Source: a virus
Taxonomy: Duplodnaviria > Caudoviricetes
DNA length: 64,000 bases
IMG/VR virus record: IMGVR_UViG_3300002835_000119
Coordinates: 12,727-76,726 of that record
Direction: 5' to 3' (one strand)
Both the position numbers and the translations under genes were made by a program. Shown here one piece after another: positions 9,825-20,272 of the stretch. Position 1 is the stretch's first letter; every line of letters starts with the position of its first letter. The notes below the pieces were generated by a model. It saw only the letters and a program-made list of their open reading frames with translations, ran no database searches and was not told the DNA's origin.

Positions 9825-11261
9825 ATGAAAATTCTTGGCATAAATGAGACAACGCACGATGCTGCAGTTTGTCTTATTGAAAATGGCGAAGTTCTATTTG
9901 CTGGTCATGCCGAGCGTTACAGCAAAGAAAAGAACGACTGGTTCACTAACGATGCTCTTATAGCAGATGCCCTTACTTATGGGACCCCCGACAAGATTGC
10001 CTACTACGAGGACTACTGGCTAAAGAAGCTAAGGATTGCTAGGCATGGTGGGTTGGGGGGAGGAAAACCATACTTTAAGTCGAGCCGATTGCTTAGGGGA
10101 ATTCCAGTAAAAGATTTTAAGCACCACCAGTCTCATGCTGCTGCTGGGTATTACACGTCCAACATGGCAGACGCCCTTATTGTCGTGCTAGACGCCATCG
10201 GAGAATTCCAGACTTCCACTGTGTGGGTGGGGGAGGGCGACAAGATTAACCTAGTCTGGGAGCAAAAATATCCAGTTAGCTTCGGTCTTTTTTACTCTGC
10301 TTTCACCAAACTAATTGGTCTTAAGCCAAATGAAGAAGAGTACATCATGATGGGTATGGCAGCCTATGGTGATGCCAATAGATATTATGAAAAAGTCAGA
10401 CAATATTTTCCAGTCTTTGATCGTCAAAAATATAACTTCCACTCTGGCATTATTGACTGGAAAGAGCCGGTAGAAGGTCAGGCTAGATTTGATTTAGCAG
10501 CTGCAGTACAAAAAGTATTTGAGGATCGTCTCATGGAATTCATGGGGTTTGCAAAAAGTATTACTAGAAAAAAGAATCTAGTCTTTATGGGCGGCTGTGC
10601 TTTGAATAGCAAAGCTAACACCCTGCTGCGGAACATATTTAAAAATGTTTGGATCATGCCTAATCCAGGGGACGCTGGGTCGGCTTTAGGGGCTGCTGCA
10701 GCTTTGTATGGCAAGCATTTGAATTGGCAGGGGCCGTACTTAGGTCATGGGGTTGGGGGAGACTATCCAGTAGAGAAAATACTAAACGCCCTTATTGTCG
10801 ACAAGATAGCGCCAGTAGCATCTGGTAGAGCTGAGTATGGTCCGAGGGCATTGGGAAACCGAAGTATCTTGGCGGATCCGAGAGATCCTGATATTAAAGA
10901 CAAGGTAAACCTAATCAAGAAGCGGGAGTTGTTTAGACCGTTTGCTCCGGTGGTTATGGAGGAACATGCTAGCGAGTGGTTTGACATGAACTACACTTCG
11001 CCTTACATGCAGTACACGCCTAGATGTCTTAAGCCAGAGTTAATTCCTAGTGTGGTCCACGCCGACGGAACTGCCAGGGTCCAGACTGTAACTGCCCGGC
11101 AGCATCCCGGTCTATATCAGGTATTACAGAAGTGGTATAGCCTTACCGGTGTACCAGTGCTATTAAACACTAGTTTGAATATTAAAGGGCAGCCTATAAT
11201 AAACGACGCTAGTGATGTGAAAGAATGGACCAAATATTATGGCAGGGAGATCATAAGCTAA
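9825..11261 (+). CDS. O-carbamoyltransferase (NodU/CmcH family)
   Basis: ILGIN..HDAA, HHQSHAA, MGMAAYG, GGCALN, EYGPRALGNRS, KKRELFRPFAP, HADGTARVQTV, LLNTSLN. Confidence 0.95.
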   Translation: MKILGINETTHDAAVCLIENGEVLFAGHAERYSKEKNDWFTNDALIADALTYGTPDKIAYYEDYWLKKLRIARHGGLGGGKPYFKSSRLLRGIPVKDFKHHQSHAAAGYYTSNMADALIVVLDAIGEFQTSTVWVGEGDKINLVWEQKYPVSFGLFYSAFTKLIGLKPNEEEYIMMGMAAYGDANRYYEKVRQYFPVFDRQKYNFHSGIIDWKEPVEGQARFDLAAAVQKVFEDRLMEFMGFAKSITRKKNLVFMGGCALNSKANTLLRNIFKNVWIMPNPGDAGSALGAAAALYGKHLNWQGPYLGHGVGGDYPVEKILNALIVDKIAPVASGRAEYGPRALGNRSILADPRDPDIKDKVNLIKKRELFRPFAPVVMEEHASEWFDMNYTSPYMQYTPRCLKPELIPSVVHADGTARVQTVTARQHPGLYQVLQKWYSLTGVPVLLNTSLNIKGQPIINDASDVKEWTKYYGREIIS

Positions 11262-11355
11262 TGATTATTCTTTACTACCTCGAGAAGGCGTATAAGAAAG
11301 TAAAAAACTTTATATTTCCAAAGAAAAACAACGATAAAGACAGGTTTATATACTG

Positions 11356-11598
11356 ATGTCGTATTTTGACAAATTTGATCGGGAGATTGTTTTGGACCTA
11401 GATGAAGCAACGAAGCTTGCAGTAAAGGTTGTGATGAAGGAGGGGGAGCTACAATTTAGGGAACTTTTGATAGACGTTCTTAAGAAAGAAATAGCAGACG
11501 CTCGGGGGGCCCTTAAAGTTGAGCCAAATCTTGAGTGGGAAGATGGCCTCGAATACTGCATCCATCTGCTCAAAAACATGGATTCAGACGCTAGCTAG
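11356..11598 (+). CDS. hypothetical protein
   Basis: ORF in co-oriented run. Confidence 0.6.
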   Translation: MSYFDKFDREIVLDLDEATKLAVKVVMKEGELQFRELLIDVLKKEIADARGALKVEPNLEWEDGLEYCIHLLKNMDSDAS

Positions 11599-11625
11599 AA
11601 TAGTTAAAAAGACTTAGGAGAATTT

Positions 11626-11979
11626 ATGTGCGGTGGAAACTGCGGTTGTGGCAGCTCTTTTGACGAAGAGGGCCTATTTGAAAAACCAGCTAAGCCTAGG
11701 GTTAATCCGGCTACGTTAGAAGAGGACAGCAAAGCTTCTTTCAATACTGGGTACGCCGAAGGATTTAGACACGCCAGGGAAGTTTTCTGGGAGGAGTTCC
11801 AGATCAAAGCTAGCGACGCAAAGATGGTTGCAAAGTATTTGGCTGAGGAAGATCCTGGTGCCCTAGAAGTTGACGGCTTAAGAATTGTTGCTGCTACCTA
11901 TCTTCATGCTTCAGACGTAATTATTAGGGACCGCAGAGAATACCCTGGCTACATCGAAAAAGACGAAAAGCTTTTTTAG
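11626..11979 (+). CDS. hypothetical protein
   Basis: AGGAG SD; N-terminal CGGNCGCG. Confidence 0.65.
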   Translation: MCGGNCGCGSSFDEEGLFEKPAKPRVNPATLEEDSKASFNTGYAEGFRHAREVFWEEFQIKASDAKMVAKYLAEEDPGALEVDGLRIVAATYLHASDVIIRDRREYPGYIEKDEKLF

Positions 11980-12014
11980 TAGACGCCCACGTGGGTAAGT
12001 ATTAGTGTGTAGAT

Positions 12015-12512
12015 ATGGAAGACTCCGAAAAAAGATTTCTTTATAGGTTTGAGCATTACGAGCCGCTGGATGGAGAAGTTTATGTTGAATGGCTTTGGCT
12101 GAAGCGGGATGAAATTATTCCATATGCGGCTGAGGGCGAGACTTCTTTTAGAATAGCCACCAAAGACGAAGAAGATCTTTATAACGAAGCATATGCAGAC
12201 GGCTACTCTATTGCTGCTTTGATTGAGTATGAGTCTCAGTATGACGGCATAACATTTCGTGTTGAATTGGATAAAAGTGGCGATTTAGATTTCACTAGCA
12301 AAAAAATGTTTCAATGCGCCGTTTGCAATCGTCATTTAGATTTTGAAGACAATGTTGCTTCTGCTGGCGGTATGTACTTAGGAGCTGTCAGAGACGAAAA
12401 GCTTTGGCACATTTGCTATGACTGCGCACAAGGAAGAGCTGAAGTAGAGTGGATTGAACAAGGGTGGGTATGGGACGATGACTCTTGGTCAGCGGACGAA
12501 AAGAATAGCTAA
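12015..12512 (+). CDS. acidic protein with CxxC pairs
   Basis: CAVC...CYDC; leaderless -10 TAGTGT. Confidence 0.65.
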   Translation: MEDSEKRFLYRFEHYEPLDGEVYVEWLWLKRDEIIPYAAEGETSFRIATKDEEDLYNEAYADGYSIAALIEYESQYDGITFRVELDKSGDLDFTSKKMFQCAVCNRHLDFEDNVASAGGMYLGAVRDEKLWHICYDCAQGRAEVEWIEQGWVWDDDSWSADEKNS

Positions 12513-12756
12513 ACCATACATTGCTCAATACAAGCGATCCCCGTGGTGGGTTAAGAGTTTAACGCTTGGTTTGATTGGTCTAATTATTCTGCCAGATCCC
12601 TTTGACTGGTTTCCGGGGGTCGCTTTTCTAGACGAGCTTTTGTATGCTACGCTACTGCTTAAGTTGCTTTACAAATACGGGGCATTGCCCAGCGAAGTAA
12701 AAACAAGCCCAAAAGATTTAGTAAAAGAAATATTGAGGAAAGATGAATCTAGATGA
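12478..12756 (+). CDS. DUF1232/YkvA-like membrane protein
   Basis: Hydrophobic segments with PDPFDWFPGVAFLDE. Confidence 0.55.
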   Translation: MTLGQRTKRIAKPYIAQYKRSPWWVKSLTLGLIGLIILPDPFDWFPGVAFLDELLYATLLLKLLYKYGALPSEVKTSPKDLVKEILRKDESR

Positions 12757-13030
12757 GTTCAGAAAAATCGCGCACAAGCATTATCAATTCGCTGAAGACG
12801 TTTTGGTCAAAAAACAAAATGATTACGGTCCCACTAACATTAGTCGCTCTCCCGGTGGTCCTCTTAATGGTCTCCGTGTACGTATACATGACAAGGTTTC
12901 ACGGATCAACCATCTCATCGATTCGGGAGTCACGCCAGAAAACGAATCGCTAAAAGACTCTTTTCTAGATCTAGCTAACTACAGCATTATTGCCATGATG
13001 GTATTGGACGGGGAATGGCCAGAAAAGTAA
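12743..13030 (+). CDS. DUF1599 / nucleotide-modification-associated domain protein
   Basis: KKQNDYG...RIHDKVSRI...ESLKDSFLDLANYSII. Confidence 0.85.
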   Translation: MNLDEFRKIAHKHYQFAEDVLVKKQNDYGPTNISRSPGGPLNGLRVRIHDKVSRINHLIDSGVTPENESLKDSFLDLANYSIIAMMVLDGEWPEK

Positions 13031-13233
13031 ACGTCTCTTACGAAAGCCTTCGTCAAGAGGGACGCGAAGAAGTTTTGGAATGGCTAAGGCAGCACGAGAT
13101 TATCAGCTACAGCAAGCCTGAGAATAAATACTTTGTTTTTAATCAAGACAGTAAGTGGTTACTGTTTTTGCCCTGGGAAAAATCAGAGAAATAGCTCGCT
13201 GGTAGACTGGTCATACGTTTGTTTAGGAGCGCT

Positions 13234-13425
13234 ATGACTAATCATCCACCTATGTTCGCATCTCAGGCTGCGGACCAAAAGAAATGGGACGAGGGCTTTA
13301 AGGCTGGCATTGCAGAAGCTCTACATGAACTATCTTCGGCTGTTGAAAAAAATTCAGATTTAGAGGGTCCAACTAAGGACTGGGTATCAGAGCTTTCAAC
13401 AAAAATCACTAAAAAATATCTTTAG
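13234..13425 (+). CDS. hypothetical protein
   Basis: AGGAG SD before ATG (MTNHPP...). Confidence 0.55.
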   Translation: MTNHPPMFASQAADQKKWDEGFKAGIAEALHELSSAVEKNSDLEGPTKDWVSELSTKITKKYL

Positions 13426-13433
13426 GGGATCTT

Positions 13434-13679
13434 ATGGGAACCCCTATAGACAGGGAGCAAATTCCAGAGCTAGTAGATAGCTTTGTTCATTTTGCTTCCC
13501 CTAAGTTTTGGGGAGATCCAGAGTGCATTTCTGGTAAGGTTAAATACGTAGAAACATCTAATAACCCTGAGGTTTTGTATGTTCAGCCTTATGGGCTAGG
13601 GTATTCTGTACGAGTTAATGTAACCTGCTATAGGGTTATGGAAAAGATAGAGGAATATGAGCAGCATTCGAGCCACTGA
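13434..13679 (+). CDS. hypothetical protein
   Basis: ORF in operon. Confidence 0.6.
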   Translation: MGTPIDREQIPELVDSFVHFASPKFWGDPECISGKVKYVETSNNPEVLYVQPYGLGYSVRVNVTCYRVMEKIEEYEQHSSH

Positions 13680-13971
13680 GCGCCAGCTAAGAAAACTCCA
13701 AAAACAGCGTCACCTCTATGAAATACAGATGATGATTCTTGCTAATCCACTACTTAAGAACTTGAGCAAGAGGGACCAAAAGACTTTAGTCAAGATTATG
13801 TATAAAGCCGAAATGATTGAAATGTTTATGCGAGACAGGCAGATTGTTCGTATAAATGACTCTTTCGAGGACATCGTAGAAAACGTTGCCAGGCTGCTAG
13901 ATGACGCGGTAGACCGGGCTAGAAACGAAGATGAGGATCCAGACGGTCCTCCACCGCCCCCCAGGTTTTAA
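13657..13971 (+). CDS. hypothetical protein
   Basis: GAGGA SD; Pro-rich C-terminus. Confidence 0.6.
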   Translation: MSSIRATERQLRKLQKQRHLYEIQMMILANPLLKNLSKRDQKTLVKIMYKAEMIEMFMRDRQIVRINDSFEDIVENVARLLDDAVDRARNEDEDPDGPPPPPRF

Positions 13972-13989
13972 AAATCTTTTAATTTGGAC

Positions 13990-14018
13990 TTGACAAACTA
14001 AAAAGAGTCCATTATCTT
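13990..14018 (+). promoter_or_regulatory. sigmaA-type promoter
   Basis: TTGACA-17-TATCTT upstream of GAAAGG SD and ORF 14048. Confidence 0.7.
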
Positions 14019-14047
14019 TTTCTGTATCTGAACTAGAAAGGTACAGA

Positions 14048-15178
14048 ATGAAGAAGACAGCGGTAGTTCTAACTACCTTAGCCCTTTCAATGGGCGTATT
14101 TAGCCCTGTAGCGGCCCTAGGAAGCTCTCAGGCGGCCCTAGATGTCAGCGCCTACTACAGAGTTGATCTGGGCTACAAAGTGGGCTGGAAGGCCCCTAGT
14201 GACGTTTCTGGCGTCACTGGCTATTTAGTGACTGCTCAGCCGGGCGGGCAAACTTGTGTAGTTTTAAGAGCAGCTGCCAAAGAATGCACCTTCTCGACTA
14301 GGGCTTTGGGCTTTACTCAGCAGTACAGGTTTGCTGTAGCAACCCTAAAGAATGGTGTGCCAGTTGCTACCTCGGTCCTGTCTAATGCTGTTTCTGCTGC
14401 ATCAATTCCAGTAGCTCCTCTAATTGCTACCTCTAGCGTTGTATCAAGTACTCAGGTTGACGTAGCGTGGATTCCAAGCCCTAACAATGGCGGTGCTCCG
14501 CTGTATGGCTACAAAGTTACTTACTGGAAGTCTGATACCAGAGGCAATCCAATAAACGCCACTAAGGCCGAGCTTGTTTTGTCTGACACCTTTACTTCGC
14601 TGTCAGTCGATCCTGGATTTATGTACATCATTAACGTGGCTGCATGTAATGCCTATGGCTGTAACTCGACTCAGTACTGGACTTATGCCAACACTGGTGC
14701 AACCAACGTCGTACTTCCACGAGTAATTGGTGGCGGTACTGCATCAACTACCTGCTTTGAGAGCATCTATGACGCAAACGTTGGTGAGACTCAACTTGGG
14801 ACCTGCGGAAGCGTAGTTGCTGATCCGAGCACCTACCCGACTGTAGATCCATCAGCTACAACCTTAAACATTCAACTAGCAACTAAGTTCGATCAAGGGG
14901 CTGGATTCTCTAGATTTATGAGAAGCTATTCACTTAAAACTTGGGGACCAATTGGATTGCCCTGGTTTGCGCACTTCAATGCAACCAGCAAGTCTATAGC
15001 TAATGGTTTCGAGATTCCGGCTGTGGTGACTTCAACTACTCCAGTAGTATGTGAGGTAGTTGGACCAAAAGTTATTTTCAAGACTGTAGGCCAATGTGTT
15101 CTAAGTGGAAGTGTTGGCGGTAATGGAGTTTGGAACCCAAGCAACGTTGCTACTGCAGTTTTGGCTGTAACTAACTAA
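14048..15178 (+). CDS. secreted fibronectin type III domain protein
   Basis: Signal peptide; two Fn3-like repeats (W.APS...GY.VTA; W.P..N.GGAP..GY.V). Confidence 0.8.
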   Translation: MKKTAVVLTTLALSMGVFSPVAALGSSQAALDVSAYYRVDLGYKVGWKAPSDVSGVTGYLVTAQPGGQTCVVLRAAAKECTFSTRALGFTQQYRFAVATLKNGVPVATSVLSNAVSAASIPVAPLIATSSVVSSTQVDVAWIPSPNNGGAPLYGYKVTYWKSDTRGNPINATKAELVLSDTFTSLSVDPGFMYIINVAACNAYGCNSTQYWTYANTGATNVVLPRVIGGGTASTTCFESIYDANVGETQLGTCGSVVADPSTYPTVDPSATTLNIQLATKFDQGAGFSRFMRSYSLKTWGPIGLPWFAHFNATSKSIANGFEIPAVVTSTTPVVCEVVGPKVIFKTVGQCVLSGSVGGNGVWNPSNVATAVLAVTN

Positions 15179-15198
15179 ATGACAAAACGATAAATAAG

Positions 15199-15232
15199 AA
15201 AAGCCCCCGATGTTTTGTCGGGGGTTTCTCTT
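15199..15232. terminator. bidirectional intrinsic terminator
   Basis: AAGCCCCCGA/TCGGGGGTTT hairpin between convergent genes. Confidence 0.8.
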
Positions 15233-15247
15233 TATTCCTTGTCGGGA

Positions 15248-16162
15248 TTAATACTTGTTTGAGTTGATTGCTCCACGGAGGGCTGCAATAGTCTGGGGCC
15301 CCCATGAGCCATCAATACGACCTTCGTAGTCAGCGCGAGCAACTAGGCGCTTTTGGACGCCCTTATAGCTGTTAGTTCCAGGATCTCCATCAATTGGACC
15401 TGAGTATCCGTGGGAAGCAACTGAGCGCTGAATGGCCATCCAAGTTTGCTTTCCTGGGTTGCCATCGATTGCGCCAGTGTAGCCGTGATCGCGCTTTAGA
15501 ATTTCTTGGAACTTCTTCCAGTCGTCAACAGTTAGTTCTTTCGACTCATCGGCAACTAAGGGCTTTACTTCAGTAGCAACTGGTTCTGCTGCCTTTGGAG
15601 CTTCGCCTTTGATGATTGCTTTAGCAGTCTTCTTGTCAACCTTTGGGGCAACTGCGCCTCCGCTGTTAGCGATGATTGCTTTCTTAAGATCGGACTTTGA
15701 AGTGGTTGGACCAAAGACGTCCTTAACTGCCTTGCCAAGAGTTGCATGCAAATGAGCCCCACTTGAAGCATTGCCCGTGTTCCCGATCGTCATGCCGTGA
15801 GTGACATCACCAGCTGTTACTTTGTCGCCGACTTTAACGCTTAGCGCAATCTCTGGTCCGTGAGCGCCTTTGCAATTAATGCCGCACTTTTTGCAGGCTA
15901 GGTGGCAATATCCGATAAACCAAATCTTGCCGTCTTTATCTGCGGCGGTCTGAACTACGACCCAGCCTAACACTTTGCTCCATTGTACAAGCTTGATAGT
16001 TCCATCTGCGATAGCAGGAATTAAAGTCTTACCTTTGTTCGAACCTGGAGGTGCCCAGTCGGTGCCAGAGTGTGGCTGCATCTTGTTCTTGCGACGGTAG
16101 GCAGAGAGAGTGCCGTACTCGCCAGTGATTGTCTTTTCAGGAAATGGCATCAACCAAGTCAT
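15248..16162 (-). CDS. M23 peptidase endolysin with peptidoglycan-binding repeats
   Basis: HSGTD and HLH zinc motifs; C-terminal Y.G.IDG.PG..T repeats. Confidence 0.9.
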   Translation of the reverse strand: MTWLMPFPEKTITGEYGTLSAYRRKNKMQPHSGTDWAPPGSNKGKTLIPAIADGTIKLVQWSKVLGWVVVQTAADKDGKIWFIGYCHLACKKCGINCKGAHGPEIALSVKVGDKVTAGDVTHGMTIGNTGNASSGAHLHATLGKAVKDVFGPTTSKSDLKKAIIANSGGAVAPKVDKKTAKAIIKGEAPKAAEPVATEVKPLVADESKELTVDDWKKFQEILKRDHGYTGAIDGNPGKQTWMAIQRSVASHGYSGPIDGDPGTNSYKGVQKRLVARADYEGRIDGSWGPQTIAALRGAINSNKY

Positions 16163-16200
16163 AATTAAAGTCCTTTCGGTACTTCAATTTTACTAGAAGG

Positions 16201-17100
16201 CTAAGATAATGATTGAGCTACAAAGTCCTCTAGTTTACGGGTAGGGGTCCAACCAAGGATCTCTTTGGCTTTTGTGTTGTTGGCTAAAGTTTCTCTGGCT
16301 TCTCCTGGGCGTAAGGGTAGGTATTCATATTTGCTAGAGATTAGTTGAGCTAACTCATTTATAGAAAAGTTACGTCCAGCTCCTATGTTGAATATTTCTC
16401 CGTAAAGAGGGGTTTCGCAGGTCATGGCAAGAATGTTGGCATCTATGGCATCGTCAATATGTGTGAAGTCCCTGCGCTGTTCTCCGTCGCCAATAATAGT
16501 TAAAAACTGTCCGGCTTTGTGTTGTTTAATAAATTTTGAAACAACTGGAGCGTAGTGACCCTTAGACGGTTCCCTATATCCATAAATATTAAAATATCTA
16601 AGACTAGCGGTTTCTAGTCCATAAAGATTTGAATAAAGCTTGCATAGCTGTTCTCCTGCATACTTGGATATGGAATAAGGATTTAGACAGTCTGGAGGCT
16701 GAGTCTCTACTTGAGGAGCGGGATTTGAGTTTCCATAAACTGATGAGGTCATTGAGTAAATAACTCTTTTAACATTTGCAAGTCTAGAGGCTTGTAAAAC
16801 ATTAGTCGTTCCAAGAATGTTTGTATTTATAGTTAAAAGGGGATTCTCTATAGAGTGTTGAATTCTAGCTTCGGCAGCTGTATGAAAAACATAGTCAACG
16901 TCCCAAAAAAGATCTGAGATTGAATCTAAATTAGTTATATCTAATTTGTGATTTTCTGCTTCTGGATTCCAGTAAAACTGAGAATTAGATGTGGCAGATT
17001 CGTTATCTACTGCCACCACTTCGTGACCAAGATTGATAAGCCGATCTACAAGGTTTGAGCCAATGAAGCCGGCCCCGCCGGTAACTAAAACTTTAGACAT
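16201..17100 (-). CDS. NAD-dependent nucleotide-sugar epimerase/dehydratase
   Basis: VTGGAGFIGS, YSISK, LRYFNIYG, GDGEQRRDF. Confidence 0.95.
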   Translation of the reverse strand: MSKVLVTGGAGFIGSNLVDRLINLGHEVVAVDNESATSNSQFYWNPEAENHKLDITNLDSISDLFWDVDYVFHTAAEARIQHSIENPLLTINTNILGTTNVLQASRLANVKRVIYSMTSSVYGNSNPAPQVETQPPDCLNPYSISKYAGEQLCKLYSNLYGLETASLRYFNIYGYREPSKGHYAPVVSKFIKQHKAGQFLTIIGDGEQRRDFTHIDDAIDANILAMTCETPLYGEIFNIGAGRNFSINELAQLISSKYEYLPLRPGEARETLANNTKAKEILGWTPTRKLEDFVAQSLS

Positions 17101-17121
17101 AAACTAAATCCTACCAAAAAC

Positions 17122-17146
17122 AAAACCCCCGGTTTGGCGGGGGCTT
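17122..17146 (-). terminator. intrinsic terminator
   Basis: CCCCCG/CGGGGG hairpin with A-run on + strand. Confidence 0.55.
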
Positions 17147-17317
17147 AGTTTATTAATCTTCAAGTTTAGGTTTATATAAATCTTGAATAAACTCCCAGAC
17201 AAAGTTTTCATACTCTGCTGGAGTCAACTTTCTACCGAGGGCTCTCTCGAGCTTGCAGGCAGCCATATCGGCCAATACAAACTTTTCCTCGTTTGAAAGG
17301 TTGATAAAGTTCAAGGA

Positions 17318-17506
17318 TTATTCCTTGTCTTCCTTTTCGTAACGCAGCGGGAATGTAAGTACCCATACACCTAAGGTTATCCAGATAAGCATGCCAACGA
17401 CTTCCTTGGCAGAACCTTCCAGAACAACCCAGGCAACAAACATACCGAGCAGGGTCCAAGCCTGGTCGATCATGTCCTTAAATAGTGACTTAAGAAAGTG
17501 AACCAT
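17318..17506 (-). CDS. small two-TM membrane protein
   Basis: Two hydrophobic helices, coupled to nuclease gene. Confidence 0.7.
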   Translation of the reverse strand: MVHFLKSLFKDMIDQAWTLLGMFVAWVVLEGSAKEVVGMLIWITLGVWVLTFPLRYEKEDKE

Positions 17507-17903
17507 TTATTTTCCTTTTCTGAATTAGTTCGTCAAAGTTTTTGACTTTGGTATCTCCCAGGTAGGACCATGCGTAACCAGTGGCAATCATGGTTTCGTT
17601 AAAAGATGTCTCATCGTTGTCTAGATAGAGCCACCCCAAAACTCTTCCGTATTTCTCGGATGAGTCAGGTTTTTCTGTGCGAATGACAATTGTTTGTGCA
17701 GACGCAAGCTTTTGCTTTAGTAGTGCCTTGGACTCTAGGCCGAGGGACTTTTCGTATTTGTCGGCTGTGCGGGACTCCGGTGTGTCTATCCCCGCAAGAC
17801 GGACGCGCTTAGTGATAGAGATGTCAAAACCTAGATCAATGTCGACATCAATAGTGTCTCCATCAATAACCGCTAAAACTTTCTTGACTCGGTATTCGTA
17901 CAT
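17490..17903 (-). CDS. staphylococcal-nuclease (thermonuclease) family protein
   Basis: VIDGDT, RVRLAGIDTPE, KYGRVLG. Confidence 0.92.
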   Translation of the reverse strand: MYEYRVKKVLAVIDGDTIDVDIDLGFDISITKRVRLAGIDTPESRTADKYEKSLGLESKALLKQKLASAQTIVIRTEKPDSSEKYGRVLGWLYLDNDETSFNETMIATGYAWSYLGDTKVKNFDELIQKRKINGSLS

Positions 17904-20272
17904 TATGGTCTCCTTGCTGCAGACGCTGCTGCGCTAGTAGCGGCGGCGGTTGCAGTCATTGCAACTTGGCCAACGATGACGGCGGCGATAACAACCTTTT
18001 CTGATTGCTCTCTAACCTGTGGTGACATATCAGCGCCCGCGTTTCCTAAGGCGTTGAATACTTCTACAGCTGCACCTGCAACGTCACCTAGTAGTGGGAC
18101 TGCGGCCAAGGCTTCATCGAGAACGATGTCATCTTGTTGAGCTGCAACTAGTAACGCGTCTAGGGCTGCTTCGTACTCGGGGGAGCCTTGTTCTGCTGTT
18201 GCAAATACTTCTAGGGCAGCTTCCTTAATTGCTTCTGCCTGAGCTTCGGTTAGCTCGGTAGGTTCGATATTGACAAGTTCTTCAACTAGTGCAACAATGT
18301 TTTCTGATGAAATTTCTTCTTCTAGTTCTATCGGTGCTTCTGGCTCAGTCGGTTCTTCAGGATCAACTGGGGTTGGCTCTGGGCTTGGTTCTGGTTCTGG
18401 GGACGGTTCTGGTTGATCAGTGGGCTCAGTGGTCGGCTCGGGTTCGGGCTGAGGAGTTGGAGTGGGCTCAGGAGTATCCGTTGGTTCAGGCTCGGGCGAG
18501 GGCTCGGGTTCGGGCGTGGGTTCAGGTTCAGTTGGTTCGGGTGAGGGCTCGGGAGTCGGCTCAGGCGTTGGTTCGGGAGTCGGTGTTGGAGAAGGTTCGG
18601 GGGTTGGAGTAGGTGTTGGAGTTGGCTCAGGAGTTGGTGTGGGTTCGGGACTTGGTGTTGGTGTTGGGGTTGGTGTGGGGGTTGGTTCTACTGGCGTTGG
18701 AGTCGGAGTAGGTGTTGGTTCCGGGGATGGAATCAAAGTAACTGGAGTACTGAGTCGTAAAACTTTTACAACTCCTCCGCAAGGGTCGCCAAACAAATTA
18801 TTGTCTGCAGTAAAACTGACAGTGGTGGCACCATTCATAATTCCATTTAATATTGGGGAAACTGTTGCACCACAGTTTGGGTCAGTTGGAGACCCGTACC
18901 ATCCAATTGGTGAATCAAACTTATAACCTGCTGGAGCAGAAAGTGATACTTGCTGTCCTTCGGTAAATTCAAGTTGCCACCATGGAGGAGCTGGAGTCGC
19001 AACAGAAACTACGTTTGAGTATTGAGAGTAGATAGCTTGAGTGTCGTTATCAGAACGAATTCTGAATTGAAAAGTATTCCCAAGTCCTCCGTATGAATTT
19101 AAAATTTCTAGTGGAATTGAAACAGAAGTCTGGTCGTGTGACCATGCCCAACCGTTTTGCGTGAAGTTGGTTGTAGACCACATGATTGCATATCGCTCTA
19201 CTTGAACTCCAGATGAGTGAGAGACTGGCGCACTCCATGAAAGTTCAACGTGGGTGGCAGTTAAAGTGGCAGTTAAATTAGTTGGAGCATTTAGCGTTGG
19301 AGTTAAACTTGCAACCAAATCTGTCAGCCTAGTTACCTCTGCTTGGGCTGCGTTAACTCTGTTTTGTGCTGTGGTCTGGGTAACAATAGCTGAATCTAAA
19401 GCTGCCTGAGCAGACTGTAGTGCTTGGAATGCAGAGTTCTTGGCTGTTGTTTCTGCCTCTCCATAGGTGTAGGTAGGAGGAGTCGAAGTTTGATATGTTG
19501 CAAGAAGCTGGACGTTATCCATCTCTGGGCCAAAAGCGCCTGCCCAGAAGCCACCGTCAGCCATTCTGAAGCCAATGTCCCAAGTAACGGCGTTCTGGGG
19601 CAAGGTGTAGCTAGCGCCTCTAGTAATCCAATAGTTGTGCCACTGGTTCCACTCAAGGTTGTAGTAGTTTAAGCGAGTGCCGTCGGCAGCGTAGGTTCTA
19701 AATTCAATTCGATAGTAGTCAGGGTTGTTTACTCTGTTGCCATCGTTAGTGTCATAGTTCCAAACATCAACTGAAAAGGACACTTGGTTAGTTGGCTGCG
19801 GGAATGTTCCGGACTGGTAAATGTAGTAGCCAGAGGTGTAGGAACCTTTTAACTTGCCATTGTAGATAATAGGATTTGCGCCACCTGTATATGGAGTATT
19901 GCTAGCAACAACGCTAGTCCAATTAGCTGTGCTATCAAAGGTTCCGTTCTGAACAACGTTAACGGTTTGACTGCTTGAAGTGCCAGGAGTAATAACTTCA
20001 GTTGCTTGCCATGCCGCTAGTGCTTGGCTGTAAGTTGCTTGAGCAGCATCTCTGGCTGTAGTGGCCGCGGCGACTGCGGCGCTGGCAGAAGCTAGTTCAG
20101 CTTGAGCTTCAGTAAGTTCTTGTTGGGCAGCAGCAAGTTGCGTTTGAGCTTGTTGGAGAGTGGGGGAATTATCTCCAAAAGACATGGTGGCAGTCGCTAG
20201 CGGAAAGAAAAACGCTAGGGTTACCGATAGAGAAGTGTTTAGGAAAACTCTACTTCTTAGGCTTAGACGCAT
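17903..20272 (-). CDS. large secreted/surface protein: coiled coil, carbohydrate-binding-like, Fn3, lectin-like (FGDPC.G..K.L), Pro-Thr-Glu linker, C-terminal hydrophobic anchor
   Basis: Signal peptide, domain motifs and (PT/PE)n tract in the translation. Confidence 0.8.
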   Translation of the reverse strand: MRLSLRSRVFLNTSLSVTLAFFFPLATATMSFGDNSPTLQQAQTQLAAAQQELTEAQAELASASAAVAAATTARDAAQATYSQALAAWQATEVITPGTSSSQTVNVVQNGTFDSTANWTSVVASNTPYTGGANPIIYNGKLKGSYTSGYYIYQSGTFPQPTNQVSFSVDVWNYDTNDGNRVNNPDYYRIEFRTYAADGTRLNYYNLEWNQWHNYWITRGASYTLPQNAVTWDIGFRMADGGFWAGAFGPEMDNVQLLATYQTSTPPTYTYGEAETTAKNSAFQALQSAQAALDSAIVTQTTAQNRVNAAQAEVTRLTDLVASLTPTLNAPTNLTATLTATHVELSWSAPVSHSSGVQVERYAIMWSTTNFTQNGWAWSHDQTSVSIPLEILNSYGGLGNTFQFRIRSDNDTQAIYSQYSNVVSVATPAPPWWQLEFTEGQQVSLSAPAGYKFDSPIGWYGSPTDPNCGATVSPILNGIMNGATTVSFTADNNLFGDPCGGVVKVLRLSTPVTLIPSPEPTPTPTPTPVEPTPTPTPTPTPSPEPTPTPEPTPTPTPTPEPSPTPTPEPTPEPTPEPSPEPTEPEPTPEPEPSPEPEPTDTPEPTPTPQPEPEPTTEPTDQPEPSPEPEPSPEPTPVDPEEPTEPEAPIELEEEISSENIVALVEELVNIEPTELTEAQAEAIKEAALEVFATAEQGSPEYEAALDALLVAAQQDDIVLDEALAAVPLLGDVAGAAVEVFNALGNAGADMSPQVREQSEKVVIAAVIVGQVAMTATAAATSAAASAARRP
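18340..18730 (-). repeat. low-complexity Pro-Thr/Pro-Glu coding repeat
   Basis: GGTTCGGG/GGTGTTGG iterations. Confidence 0.9.

Noticed and set aside
18289-18926. Gly-Val-Ser-rich + strand ORFs
   Set aside because: Antisense shadows of the Pro-Thr-Glu repeat of the minus-strand gene 17903-20272.
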